This document shows, piece by piece, positions 26,174 through 35,189 of a stretch of 64,000 nt of DNA. Both the position numbers and the translations under genes were made by a program. Under the pieces are notes generated by a model that was not told the origin of the DNA, did no database searches, and was given only the letters and a program-made list of their open reading frames with translations. The DNA lies in assembly GCA_903868795.1 (NCBI GenBank), contig CAIPWR010000128.1, positions 5,953 through 69,952 on the forward strand. The letters are read 5' to 3'. The DNA is from an uncultured Spartobacteria bacterium (GTDB taxonomy: Bacteria; Verrucomicrobiota; Verrucomicrobiia; Chthoniobacterales; UBA6821). Within the stretch, counting starts at the first letter, position 1; each line of letters starts with the position of its first letter.

Positions 26174-27574
26174 TCACGATACCAGAGCAAATTCGCCAGG
26201 CTGCACTATCCCCTTTTTCTTATAATACCAGTTCAGCAGGATCCAGCCAAAGACCAGAGGGTAAAGAATAAGAAGCGTGATATCGCGGCCCATGTTGTAG
26301 GTAAGAACCAATCCCAATCCATAAAGCATCAGATATCCGATCCGATAACCCATCAGATCGAGTCTAGAGAGGAGGGCCACCCAGACGGCCATCAGAAATG
26401 CCGAAGCGATCGGCCCAAGGAAACCGCCGAAGTTCACCACTCCCTGACCGATCATTCCTGTGGAGATCGATGCCGCAATACCGCCCGACTTTGAATCCAG
26501 GTTTCCATACGCCATGCCTCGGGCGATGGCATAATCAATCCCGATCATTGGTTTACCTGGCCAGAGAATCCGGGGAATCGGATTCACGATTTCGGCAAAA
26601 TATCGCGTTCCCCAGTTCACCTTATAGGTTCCATTATCGACGAAGTAATTAATGTAACAGAGCTCCTGATACATATTAAAACCCCCATGTTTCTTTGACT
26701 TTACCGCCAGGTCCTGCGTCCCTCCCGACTTGAAGGCTGTAGCAATCGATCCTTTGTCCCGGTTATCGATCACAAACTTCATCCAGCTCTCCAGAGCCAT
26801 GAACGAGACCGCGATCACAATCAACCTAACGATGATCCCGCTTTTCATTCGTAGGGTGACCAAGGCCATAAACCCAGGCAGAAGAATGGCCAACATAAAA
26901 CTTCTGGTGCGGTCAAAGACATAGAAAGGCGCCGAGAGAAAGTAGATGATCCCAGCCATGGCGAAGGTCTGGGGACGCTTGCTCAGGGCAAAGACCACTC
27001 CCCAAATCGCAGTCAGCATGAGCTGAATGTAAATCGCCAAGGCATAGAGGGCATCGATGCCCCCACCAATGCGATCCCTGGCCCAAGGATCTGCCTTCTC
27101 TCCCAGATAGGGAAAAAACAACCCTATCACATCGAATTTGCTTCTAATCAAAGCAAGGGTCATCAGCAGAATCCAAGGAGTTAGGAGGGCTTTTCCAAGG
27201 GCATCCACCTGCTCCTGGAACCAATCTTGATCGACACTCTGCTCCCGCATCATCCGGAAAACATTACTCTCCTGAACGGGAAGATCCTTGTTGATTTTGG
27301 CGTTCATTACGGGAACGAGCCATGATAACGAGAGAAAAAAGAGAAGAACCTCCCACCATGCGGCAACAAGGGGGCCCTCCCCGAACATCCGCAGGTATCC
27401 GTTGTAATCGTTATAGATCGGATCCCCGATGTACCAGACTCCAGCTGTTCCGATAACGGCGAGAAGTGGAATACCCCATGCCTTCGTCCGTGACGTCCAG
27501 GCCTGCCAGCCAAGACCCAAAACCGTCACCACGCACAGATAGAATGGCAAGGGAAAGTGGGCTGACTCGTCCAT
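26174..27574 (-). CDS. Polytopic membrane protein, candidate Wzy-type polysaccharide polymerase
   Basis: 466 aa with more than 10 predicted TM helices. It has no transporter motifs I recognise and sits among glycosyltransferases. The assignment is by topology and context only. Confidence 0.4.
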   Translation of the reverse strand: MDESAHFPLPFYLCVVTVLGLGWQAWTSRTKAWGIPLLAVIGTAGVWYIGDPIYNDYNGYLRMFGEGPLVAAWWEVLLFFLSLSWLVPVMNAKINKDLPVQESNVFRMMREQSVDQDWFQEQVDALGKALLTPWILLMTLALIRSKFDVIGLFFPYLGEKADPWARDRIGGGIDALYALAIYIQLMLTAIWGVVFALSKRPQTFAMAGIIYFLSAPFYVFDRTRSFMLAILLPGFMALVTLRMKSGIIVRLIVIAVSFMALESWMKFVIDNRDKGSIATAFKSGGTQDLAVKSKKHGGFNMYQELCYINYFVDNGTYKVNWGTRYFAEIVNPIPRILWPGKPMIGIDYAIARGMAYGNLDSKSGGIAASISTGMIGQGVVNFGGFLGPIASAFLMAVWVALLSRLDLMGYRIGYLMLYGLGLVLTYNMGRDITLLILYPLVFGWILLNWYYKKKGIVQPGEFALVS

Positions 27575-27624
27575 GGAGGGGAAACGTTAGTTTACAACTC
27601 TAATGATCGCCGTAGAGCAGAAAC

Positions 27625-29184
27625 TCATGAAACAATCTGATCCACCAATCGTGTGACGAACGTGAGGGCAGTAAAGGTGGTGTTGGCATTCCCTGATGTC
27701 CGGAACGTGGAGGCTCCGACCACATAGAGATTATCGGTTCCAAAGACCTTCAGGTCTCGATCAACCACCCCGTCCTCCTCCGAGAAGCCCATTCTGGCTC
27801 CTCCCACCTGATGATAATTATCTCTCAGGGTATCGAGGAATGCCTCGTCTCCGTTTTCCAATCCCTCCTCGATGCGAAGCTCTGCCATCCCTGACTCCCT
27901 GAATGCCCCATCCACCCGTCTGGCGAAATCAAGGATCGAAGGGAGTTCCTCAGACCCCGTGCGCCAGTCCAGAATCACCTTGGGCATCCCCAAATGATCC
28001 ATCACCTGCAGATCAATAGAAATACGGCTCTCGGGCATCGCCGGCTGTTCCGACTGGATATGCAGGGAGACCTTGGAGGTGCTTGGGACAAAGACCCTAT
28101 TGGCCACCACGTACTTCCACATGAGGGGCAGGAGGTGCTTCCAGCAGGCAAGCAGATTACGGAAGAGATCACCGACCCCATCAATCCTCCGGCTGAAGAT
28201 GGCGGCTTTCAGAAACTGCTTCAGATAGACGAGGTTCTCACTGACGGAGCTCTCAAACGCCATCATCCCGTAGAGGTTCAGGATCCGTTCGCTCCTCAAG
28301 GCTGCGTCCTGCAGCCTAAGCTTCGGTTGGAACTTCTGCCCCGCCCTCACAATCGTGCTGAAAGTATTGAAAAACCGTTTCCTATCATGGATCTCCACGG
28401 AAGCGACCCGCCCGATTAGATGATCCTGAAAATAGCGGCCAATATTCCTATTGTTACCCCATGGACACATGCCGCAATCACTGGAGGCCACGTGGAGAAG
28501 GAGTCTTGTGATTTCAAAGGTCCCGCAGGCCAGAATAAAAGTGCGTCCTCGGAGAATCTGCTGACCACCCTTGGGGCCCACAATCCGGACGCCCGAGATC
28601 GTGCCCCCTTCGAATTCAAAACCGGTCACGGAATGCTCGAGCAGAACCTTGAGACGCTCGCTTGATCGGATTTCCTCCGCGTAGGCCACCGCCATGCTTG
28701 GAATCTTCAACCACCGTGTGAGAAAGAGCTCCAAGCCGTTATTGAATTTCGGGTCGGAGACTCCGGCTTGCTTGAGAACCGCTGAGTCATCCTGGAATTC
28801 GGGCCCGATTCCGAGGTTCTCATAGGTCTGCCGGTGATAAGCAGCGACCTCCTCGTAGGTGACAGGCCATTTGGAGTCAGACAACCACTCCCTGCCGATA
28901 AAATCGATCGGTTGGAATTCCACAAGCTGCCCCCCCCAGAGATTGGAAGTTCCTCCCAGACTTCTGGACCTTCCGATTCTGATTCCCTCGTGGGTTTTAC
29001 CCACGGAGTCATAAGTCTCCGGGGCAAAGTTTCCCAGAGCCTCCGAGCCGGACTCGATGACGAGCACCTCCTTGCCCTTGCGGACAAGCTCGCGCGCCGC
29101 ATAGAGCCCAGCAGTTCCCCCGCCGATCACGACGATGCAATCAGGGTTGGCGGTCTCGGAGTGATTGATCTCCTTGAGTATCAT
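27625..29184 (-). CDS. GMC family FAD-dependent oxidoreductase
   Basis: 519 aa with the N-terminal FAD motif VVIGGGTAGLYAAREL and a GMC C-terminal domain (HQVGGARMG ... LYVVGASTFRTSGNANTTFTALTF). Confidence 0.8.
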   Translation of the reverse strand: MILKEINHSETANPDCIVVIGGGTAGLYAARELVRKGKEVLVIESGSEALGNFAPETYDSVGKTHEGIRIGRSRSLGGTSNLWGGQLVEFQPIDFIGREWLSDSKWPVTYEEVAAYHRQTYENLGIGPEFQDDSAVLKQAGVSDPKFNNGLELFLTRWLKIPSMAVAYAEEIRSSERLKVLLEHSVTGFEFEGGTISGVRIVGPKGGQQILRGRTFILACGTFEITRLLLHVASSDCGMCPWGNNRNIGRYFQDHLIGRVASVEIHDRKRFFNTFSTIVRAGQKFQPKLRLQDAALRSERILNLYGMMAFESSVSENLVYLKQFLKAAIFSRRIDGVGDLFRNLLACWKHLLPLMWKYVVANRVFVPSTSKVSLHIQSEQPAMPESRISIDLQVMDHLGMPKVILDWRTGSEELPSILDFARRVDGAFRESGMAELRIEEGLENGDEAFLDTLRDNYHQVGGARMGFSEEDGVVDRDLKVFGTDNLYVVGASTFRTSGNANTTFTALTFVTRLVDQIVS

Positions 29185-29224
29185 GGGATGAACGTGTTGT
29201 CGGCAGGCATGGATGATAATCTTT

Positions 29225-30202
29225 CTAAGGAGATAAATCCTTGATCATCGGGGCAATCAGATTCGCAAACCTCTGCACCTGCTCCCTTGAAACAGCTTCC
29301 TCATCAGCCACACGAGCGGCATGGCGAATCCGATCACAGCGGGAACTCGAGAACAGGACGATCCCTCCATTATTAGCCTGCATTGATAACCCCAGTAATA
29401 ATGCTGCAAGCACCCCATCCTGCGAGAGGTTGAGACCGAGGGCAACCTCCCACTCCGAACGGATCTTGGGATTGGCATCGAGCCATTGGGACACGACGGG
29501 CAATGCCTTGAGAAACGTCCTGTAAGTGATGCAGTTGGCTCCCAGCGCCCTCATTTCGCTGACATGGGGAGCCAGCACATGGTCCTCAAATTGCAGCCAC
29601 CGTGATGTCGGGAGTCCCGCCTGGGCAATCTCCCGGATCATCGAATACTCACCACCGCATCCATAGGCCAGAATCGTTCCCCTCGTTACCTCCCTCTCGA
29701 GGAATTCGAGAATCTCCGAAGATCCCGCATCATGGAGGTTCGGCTCATGCAGCAGAAAAAGATCAATACGATCCGTTCCCAGTGACTTGAGGCTCTGTTC
29801 CAGACTAGTGCGTGCCGCTTCGGCAGAGAATGAGCCTCTCTTGGAGAGACTTTGTGCTTTTTTTGAGAGCACAGCTCTGAGCGAAGGGGCGATTCCCAGA
29901 ATCTTCCGGGCCAGTTGATTCACGAGACGGTTTCGGACCATGGCCGGAGGCTGGATTCCAAACTTCGTCGTGACAGTCACCTGATCCCTTTTCTTACGAA
30001 GGAACTCTCCCAGAACCATCTCTGCTTCGCCATACCCATAGTAGGGAGCCGTGTCGTAATGACGGATTCCTGCATCATAGGCACATTCCAAGAGCTGAAC
30101 TCGCTCTTGGCCGCTTTGTACAGCCATCAGGCTGGTTGTCCCATAGCCTAATCGTGAAGTGGGGGTGCTGGTTGGAAAGATCTTTAAAAGATTCATCTGC
30201 AT
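29225..30202 (-). CDS. Aldo/keto reductase
   Basis: 325 aa with AKR blocks AYDAGIRHYDTAPYYGYGEAE, TTKFG and LFLLHEP. An alternative ATG at 30196 forms an ATGA overlap with the upstream stop. Confidence 0.8.
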   Translation of the reverse strand: MQMNLLKIFPTSTPTSRLGYGTTSLMAVQSGQERVQLLECAYDAGIRHYDTAPYYGYGEAEMVLGEFLRKKRDQVTVTTKFGIQPPAMVRNRLVNQLARKILGIAPSLRAVLSKKAQSLSKRGSFSAEAARTSLEQSLKSLGTDRIDLFLLHEPNLHDAGSSEILEFLEREVTRGTILAYGCGGEYSMIREIAQAGLPTSRWLQFEDHVLAPHVSEMRALGANCITYRTFLKALPVVSQWLDANPKIRSEWEVALGLNLSQDGVLAALLLGLSMQANNGGIVLFSSSRCDRIRHAARVADEEAVSREQVQRFANLIAPMIKDLSP

Positions 30203-31542
30203 ACCCGGTGTTTCTGGATAATCCCCATCAAGCGCTCTCCATAGTTCTCGATGGAGAATCCTTTGACGGTCTCACGACACTCCGCGCTCATTCGCGAGGC
30301 AAGCCCCCGGTCTTGATCAAATCTCGTAACAGCTTCAGCAAGCGCCTTGGCATCGGCTACTGGAACCACAAAGCCGTTGATTCCATCCCTTACGACCTTG
30401 CCGCAGTTGGGCGTGGTAATGACCGGCAATCCGTAGGCCATCGCTTCGAGCTGGGTGATGGCAAACCCATCGGAGAGCGTGGGGAGAACAAAGACGTCTG
30501 CGTTGCGGTAATAGTCGGCTATGAGATCCCGGCTCACCGATCCGTGAAAGGTCATGTTGGAGGGAGCTGATTCCACCATCTCCCGGCTGATTCCGATCGG
30601 CCCCACGATATCAAAGTGGATCTCATGTCCCTCCAGCATCCTGGCAGCCTCGATGAGGTAATGAATCCCCTTTCGGACATTGACTTGGCCAAGCCACAGG
30701 ACATGTAGAGGACGGCGTGCTTTATCCTCTGTTTGGGAAGGAGTATCTGCTGTCAGCCCTCTGCTATCGACTCGGATCTCTGCCATTTCACCTTCAGCCT
30801 TCAGCCTTAAGTCTTCAGCCTTTTCACCCTCATAGGCCAATGGCAACACTTCGATTTTTTCGGCGTTCACTCCTTCGGAGATCAGCGCATCACGACTCCA
30901 TTCGGAATTCACCACGATCACATCAGCGAGATCCCACTCCTGCCTGAGCCGTTCATAATAGGGCGCGGGATATGAGGGCGCTGGCCCCGCAAGCTCCGGG
31001 TGCTTGTTCATTTCCTCGGCTACCAGACGGAACTCCACGGGCCCGGGGTCGATCTGGTCGAGGATGGTCAGCACTCCCTTTCTCTTCTCGATCTCCAGCA
31101 TCTCGAGACTCATGTAGGAGTAACCGAAGAAAACATCATGACCCGGCAGGCTTGAACGAGCGACCGTCCTGGTAAAGGCGATGTCGGCAATCAAGTTTGT
31201 CTCCTGCGAGGATGTGCTAAAACGACCGTTCCGCTGCCTCCATTTACCCATCAACCCGTTGAGCCAGTTGACCTTGACGAGATCATCTGGAATTTCCTCG
31301 GCCTTGGCGGCCATGGCGGCCCGGCCTCGACTTCCAAGACGGCGGGCAGCAAATCCAAAGACCCCTTGGAGAAGCAGTCCCTTCGGTGCATACCAGTCCA
31401 CCACAAGACAGGCCAGTGCCCCCAGTCGATAAAGTGCTCTGGCAGCCAGAAAATGTTCCCTGGCTCCTTTTTGGGCAACGACGACCTTCACCTCTCCATG
31501 GGATATGGAGAAGTCTCTGCGATGCTGATCAGAGAGAGACAT
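30193..31542 (-). CDS. GT4 glycosyltransferase
   Basis: 449 aa with the C-terminal block LSDGFAITQLEAMAYGLPVITTPNCG. It carries a ~40-aa low-complexity insert (GEKAEDLRLKAEGEMAEI...) at the interdomain linker. Confidence 0.8.
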   Translation of the reverse strand: MSLSDQHRRDFSISHGEVKVVVAQKGAREHFLAARALYRLGALACLVVDWYAPKGLLLQGVFGFAARRLGSRGRAAMAAKAEEIPDDLVKVNWLNGLMGKWRQRNGRFSTSSQETNLIADIAFTRTVARSSLPGHDVFFGYSYMSLEMLEIEKRKGVLTILDQIDPGPVEFRLVAEEMNKHPELAGPAPSYPAPYYERLRQEWDLADVIVVNSEWSRDALISEGVNAEKIEVLPLAYEGEKAEDLRLKAEGEMAEIRVDSRGLTADTPSQTEDKARRPLHVLWLGQVNVRKGIHYLIEAARMLEGHEIHFDIVGPIGISREMVESAPSNMTFHGSVSRDLIADYYRNADVFVLPTLSDGFAITQLEAMAYGLPVITTPNCGKVVRDGINGFVVPVADAKALAEAVTRFDQDRGLASRMSAECRETVKGFSIENYGERLMGIIQKHRVCR

Positions 31543-33376
31543 TTTTGAGAAGAGAGAGATCCGGCTTCACCCTATTGGTCGACCATTTCGATGAGTTCCA
31601 ATAAAAGCTCAGCACCTCGCCGTTTTTGACTGAAACAGGCTTTCCATGCTTTCTGCTGGATGGGTAAAGGGTATAGCCGAGACCCAAATGATTGGCGGAA
31701 TTATCAATCACAAGCTGCGCTCCATAAGGAATCGACGAAGGAGAGGAGTCATCCAGTACATAGACGGAATTAGGGCGGGTGTAGACCGTCTGATGCAATG
31801 GGCCAGAGGCTACCGAAATTACGTTGGTCTTCCCGACTCCATCATCATCCTGGAAGGGATGATACTCATTATTCGTGAGGATCAGGGCATACTGAGGGGA
31901 ATACCCACCGAGAAACATTGTGTTTGAAGCGAGGCATTTGTTCCCTGATACCACCACCCTTGAAGCAGAGGAATTCGTGTAGCCTCCAATAAAAACCTGA
32001 AGCGCCGGACCAGAGCTTGTGTTGCTGACTACACAGACGGCCTCCGATCTGTTTTGCCCACTTCCTTCGAGTTGGATGACATTGCGCGGGCCCGCGAAGG
32101 TATTCCCTGCAATGACGATGTTGCTGTTCCAGAAACTTCCCTGATAGCCCGCACAGCCGATGGCGATCGCGTTATTGAACTGTGCGCAGTGAAACTGATT
32201 GTTACGGATGATGAGATTATCTGCAGGGCAGGTCATGATCCCATTGCCACCCTGCGCCATGAAGGTGAAGTCGTTGTTCTGGATATAATAGGGAGGATTC
32301 GTTCCCGTCCCCCCATTGATGGCCATGCCCCCGCTTGTTAGGGCTGTAGCCGTGTTGGATTCAAACAAACAAGGATGCTTGTGATAGGCCTGATAAAACT
32401 CACTGATGAGGAAGAGATTCGAGAACAAGCATCCCGTAATCTCGTGCGAAAAGCTAAAGTTGAATCCCGAGGCATTGCCATCGGTAAACTGACAATGCTG
32501 CATATTGATGAATCCATCCCAGTTCGCGCAGACGCTTTTGACCTCCTCCCCTCTCCAGTGAGTGAATCGGACGTTGGAGAAAGTCTTGCTTGAGTTCAGC
32601 GGTGGTGGTCCCATGTCGACCACAGCGGAGTGGATGAGATCCCACCCCTCCCCATCCACAGCACTGGCTGGGAAACCATGATTGGTCGTATTCCCCTGAG
32701 TGACTCCCCCATCGAGTGTTAGGTCATTGAAGACAACTGGGTAATCGTTGGAAACCGGCCCCCTGAAAACAAAGAGAAATCCCCGATAAGCGCGATTGCC
32801 TTGACCGAGCTGCCAGGCCCCGCATCCCGTCAGGATCGTTCGGTCCATGCCTTCTCCCACGAGTTGAAAACCACCCCGATGAATCACCACCGCACCCTCG
32901 GCAGGCTCCAGATTCGATTGGAAATGGGCGGGAGCCACCAGGAGGTAATTGCCGGCCGGTACCTTGATGAGGTTATTACTCCCCCGGCAGTCATTCAGCA
33001 GTCTGGTGAAGATCGGCGCATTATCGGTGCCGTACTCCCCGCTGGCAGAGGGCAGCGAAGCCCCAGCCGCAGGTCTGATCCTGATGGAATGGTCATCAAC
33101 GACCCCGATGATCGTCGCCACGAGATCCTGGTGATGGCCGCCGGAGGTAGGAGTCCCTGCGTCATGAAGTTCAATGACTTTACCGAGATCGGATTTCGAG
33201 AATGAGGCTGACTCCGATGAGATGACCTCGGATCCTTCAACGGTCTTTGCCTTCAGCGGAGCGAGATCTCCCTTGGCCCCGCGATCCAGCACGTTGATGG
33301 AATTCCCATGGGCCACTCCTTGGGCCAGAAACTGAGCCAGAGCGATCCCGAAAATCAAGGGAAAGGAGGTTTTCAT
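31529..33376 (-). CDS. Secreted right-handed parallel beta-helix protein (pectate-lyase superfamily / GH28- or GH55-related)
   Basis: It has a signal peptide from the ATG at 33376 (MKTSFPLIFGIALAQFLAQGVAHG) and an N-terminal INVLDRGAKGD block like the Pectate_lyase_3 domain. A long series of N/G/I-rich beta-helix-like repeats follows. Confidence 0.55.
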   Translation of the reverse strand: MKTSFPLIFGIALAQFLAQGVAHGNSINVLDRGAKGDLAPLKAKTVEGSEVISSESASFSKSDLGKVIELHDAGTPTSGGHHQDLVATIIGVVDDHSIRIRPAAGASLPSASGEYGTDNAPIFTRLLNDCRGSNNLIKVPAGNYLLVAPAHFQSNLEPAEGAVVIHRGGFQLVGEGMDRTILTGCGAWQLGQGNRAYRGFLFVFRGPVSNDYPVVFNDLTLDGGVTQGNTTNHGFPASAVDGEGWDLIHSAVVDMGPPPLNSSKTFSNVRFTHWRGEEVKSVCANWDGFINMQHCQFTDGNASGFNFSFSHEITGCLFSNLFLISEFYQAYHKHPCLFESNTATALTSGGMAINGGTGTNPPYYIQNNDFTFMAQGGNGIMTCPADNLIIRNNQFHCAQFNNAIAIGCAGYQGSFWNSNIVIAGNTFAGPRNVIQLEGSGQNRSEAVCVVSNTSSGPALQVFIGGYTNSSASRVVVSGNKCLASNTMFLGGYSPQYALILTNNEYHPFQDDDGVGKTNVISVASGPLHQTVYTRPNSVYVLDDSSPSSIPYGAQLVIDNSANHLGLGYTLYPSSRKHGKPVSVKNGEVLSFYWNSSKWSTNRVKPDLSLLKNVSL

Positions 33377-33396
33377 CCGAGCTTCAGGGAATCCTC

Positions 33397-34257
33397 TCAC
33401 TTGAGACTCAGCCACTTGCGGTATCCGGTCCAAGAAACAGGGTTTCTACCCTTGATGACTTGAGGAAGACCCTTGATCGCTGCCCACCACCATTGAGGCT
33501 CATGGATCACCCAGTCCATCCCACGGGAACAGGCGTATCCGAACTGCCGATAGATCCTGTAGGCGGCGACGGGAATCAAATACGGCATCGGACAGCGCAT
33601 CACCGTGCTCCAGAACTCATTGCGTCCGTGACGCTGATGATTGCGCATTTCACTGCGACCCGATCCCGTCCAGTGATGGCGGATGGACGGAGCCTGGGGC
33701 ATGAAGATGACCTCATATCCAGCGGCGATGCACTGCAGGGTGTAATCTGGCTCCTCATACATGTGGAAAAACTCATGGGCGAAGCCAGGAAGCGTCAGGT
33801 AAATGGACTTCCGAAGAACCGCGCCTGAACTGGTAAAAGATCGGATCCGTCGAGGCGCCCCGAAGTCGGTCTGGGTCAGCGACTCAGGATACTCATCCGT
33901 ACGCTGGGGGAGGCCCATCACGGCTAGTTTCGGATTCTCCTCGAAGAATCGGCTGACATCTGCGAGGGCATCCTTTTGCTCGGGATAGCTATCATCATCG
34001 ATGGCCAGAATCAGATCCCCCCTTGCTTCACGGATCATCCGGTCACGGGAAGCAACAGATCCCCTTCCCTGCTCATTGATGACCAGTCGAGCGTCAGGCA
34101 ACTCACGCTTCACCATGTCCACCGTATCATCAGAGCAGCCATCCGCCGTGATCAGCACCTCCAGTGGCTGTGGATCCAAGCCCTTAAGCACCCCGAGCGT
34201 CTTGTTAAGATCCGGCGACCGATTCTTGGTCGTGATCATGATGGAAACCTTCATCAT
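33397..34257 (-). CDS. GT2 glycosyltransferase
   Basis: It has the GT-A N-terminus VSIMITTKNRSPDL, ADGCSDDT and a DxD-type AIDDDS. The start at 34257 forms an ATGA overlap with the upstream GT8 stop; the tracked start is 34281. Confidence 0.8.
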   Translation of the reverse strand: MMKVSIMITTKNRSPDLNKTLGVLKGLDPQPLEVLITADGCSDDTVDMVKRELPDARLVINEQGRGSVASRDRMIREARGDLILAIDDDSYPEQKDALADVSRFFEENPKLAVMGLPQRTDEYPESLTQTDFGAPRRIRSFTSSGAVLRKSIYLTLPGFAHEFFHMYEEPDYTLQCIAAGYEVIFMPQAPSIRHHWTGSGRSEMRNHQRHGRNEFWSTVMRCPMPYLIPVAAYRIYRQFGYACSRGMDWVIHEPQWWWAAIKGLPQVIKGRNPVSWTGYRKWLSLK

Positions 34258-35189
34258 AGTCCTTTGACCCGCTTGAGCCATCCTTTGGTGTATCCGGTGA
34301 AAAGGAGCCTGTCCTTGATCGCCTTCTGATAGCCTGTCTTTGCTTTGGCAGTCCTCGGCAACCTCCTAGCCGGGGTATCTTGCCAAGATCGGAAATCTTT
34401 CATCGCGGTCTTTTCGAGAACCGATTTCCAGATTCGGTACTGGGGATGAAGAAACTCGGCCCCGAGATCCCATGGCTTGGGATACTCGACGAAATGCAGA
34501 AGCCGATTGATTGATCCCACGGGCGTTTTGAGCGCGGGCCAGTGCTTGCGCATGTTCACGATCGTGTTGAACCGCTCATCGAGCTGATACGCCCTGCGAT
34601 GAAGCACAAAATTCAGGGCCGATTGATCATGGTAGGGCGGACGATGCTTTTTTATAAATTCCAGAGCCTGTTCCGTAATCTGCTGTCGGCGCCATTCGCG
34701 GGCATTCGCGAGCATCACCCCGGCATTGAAATAAGGCTCCCCAACACTCGCCCCCAGAAGCTTGGCCACCTCGCGGTCCGCGCATCCTGCGAGCGGAGCC
34801 TCGGAGACAAATCCCGCAGGAGCATCCCCCAGATCCAGTTGAGCCAAAGGCGACACATCGAGATCACAGAGGATATCGGCATCGAGATAGAGGAATCGCT
34901 CTGCATCGATCATCGAGGGAATAAGAAGGCGATAATAGGTGGCCCAGCTTCCGTTGAGTGGAGGGAATCCGGAAAAAAGGGCTGGATCGACCCGCCGAAT
35001 CTCCAGCGAGCAGGTCTTTCCCAAAGCGTTGAGGGTCTTTTCGAGCAACAGTCGATCTCCTGCATCAAGATCATCGCTAAAGATCGTGAAGTCGGGACGG
35101 GAATTGCCACGATAACGATCCAGAACAGAATAGAGAGCCACATGGAGCCCAGGGAGCACCCTCCGATCCGCGCAGAAAACAATCTTCAT
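34254..35189 (-). CDS. GT8 glycosyltransferase (RfaJ/LgtC-like)
   Basis: 311 aa. It has the N-terminus KIVFCADRRVLPGLHVALYSV, the YYRLLIP block and the DxD motif YLDADILCD typical of GT8. Confidence 0.75.
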   Translation of the reverse strand: MKIVFCADRRVLPGLHVALYSVLDRYRGNSRPDFTIFSDDLDAGDRLLLEKTLNALGKTCSLEIRRVDPALFSGFPPLNGSWATYYRLLIPSMIDAERFLYLDADILCDLDVSPLAQLDLGDAPAGFVSEAPLAGCADREVAKLLGASVGEPYFNAGVMLANAREWRRQQITEQALEFIKKHRPPYHDQSALNFVLHRRAYQLDERFNTIVNMRKHWPALKTPVGSINRLLHFVEYPKPWDLGAEFLHPQYRIWKSVLEKTAMKDFRSWQDTPARRLPRTAKAKTGYQKAIKDRLLFTGYTKGWLKRVKGL

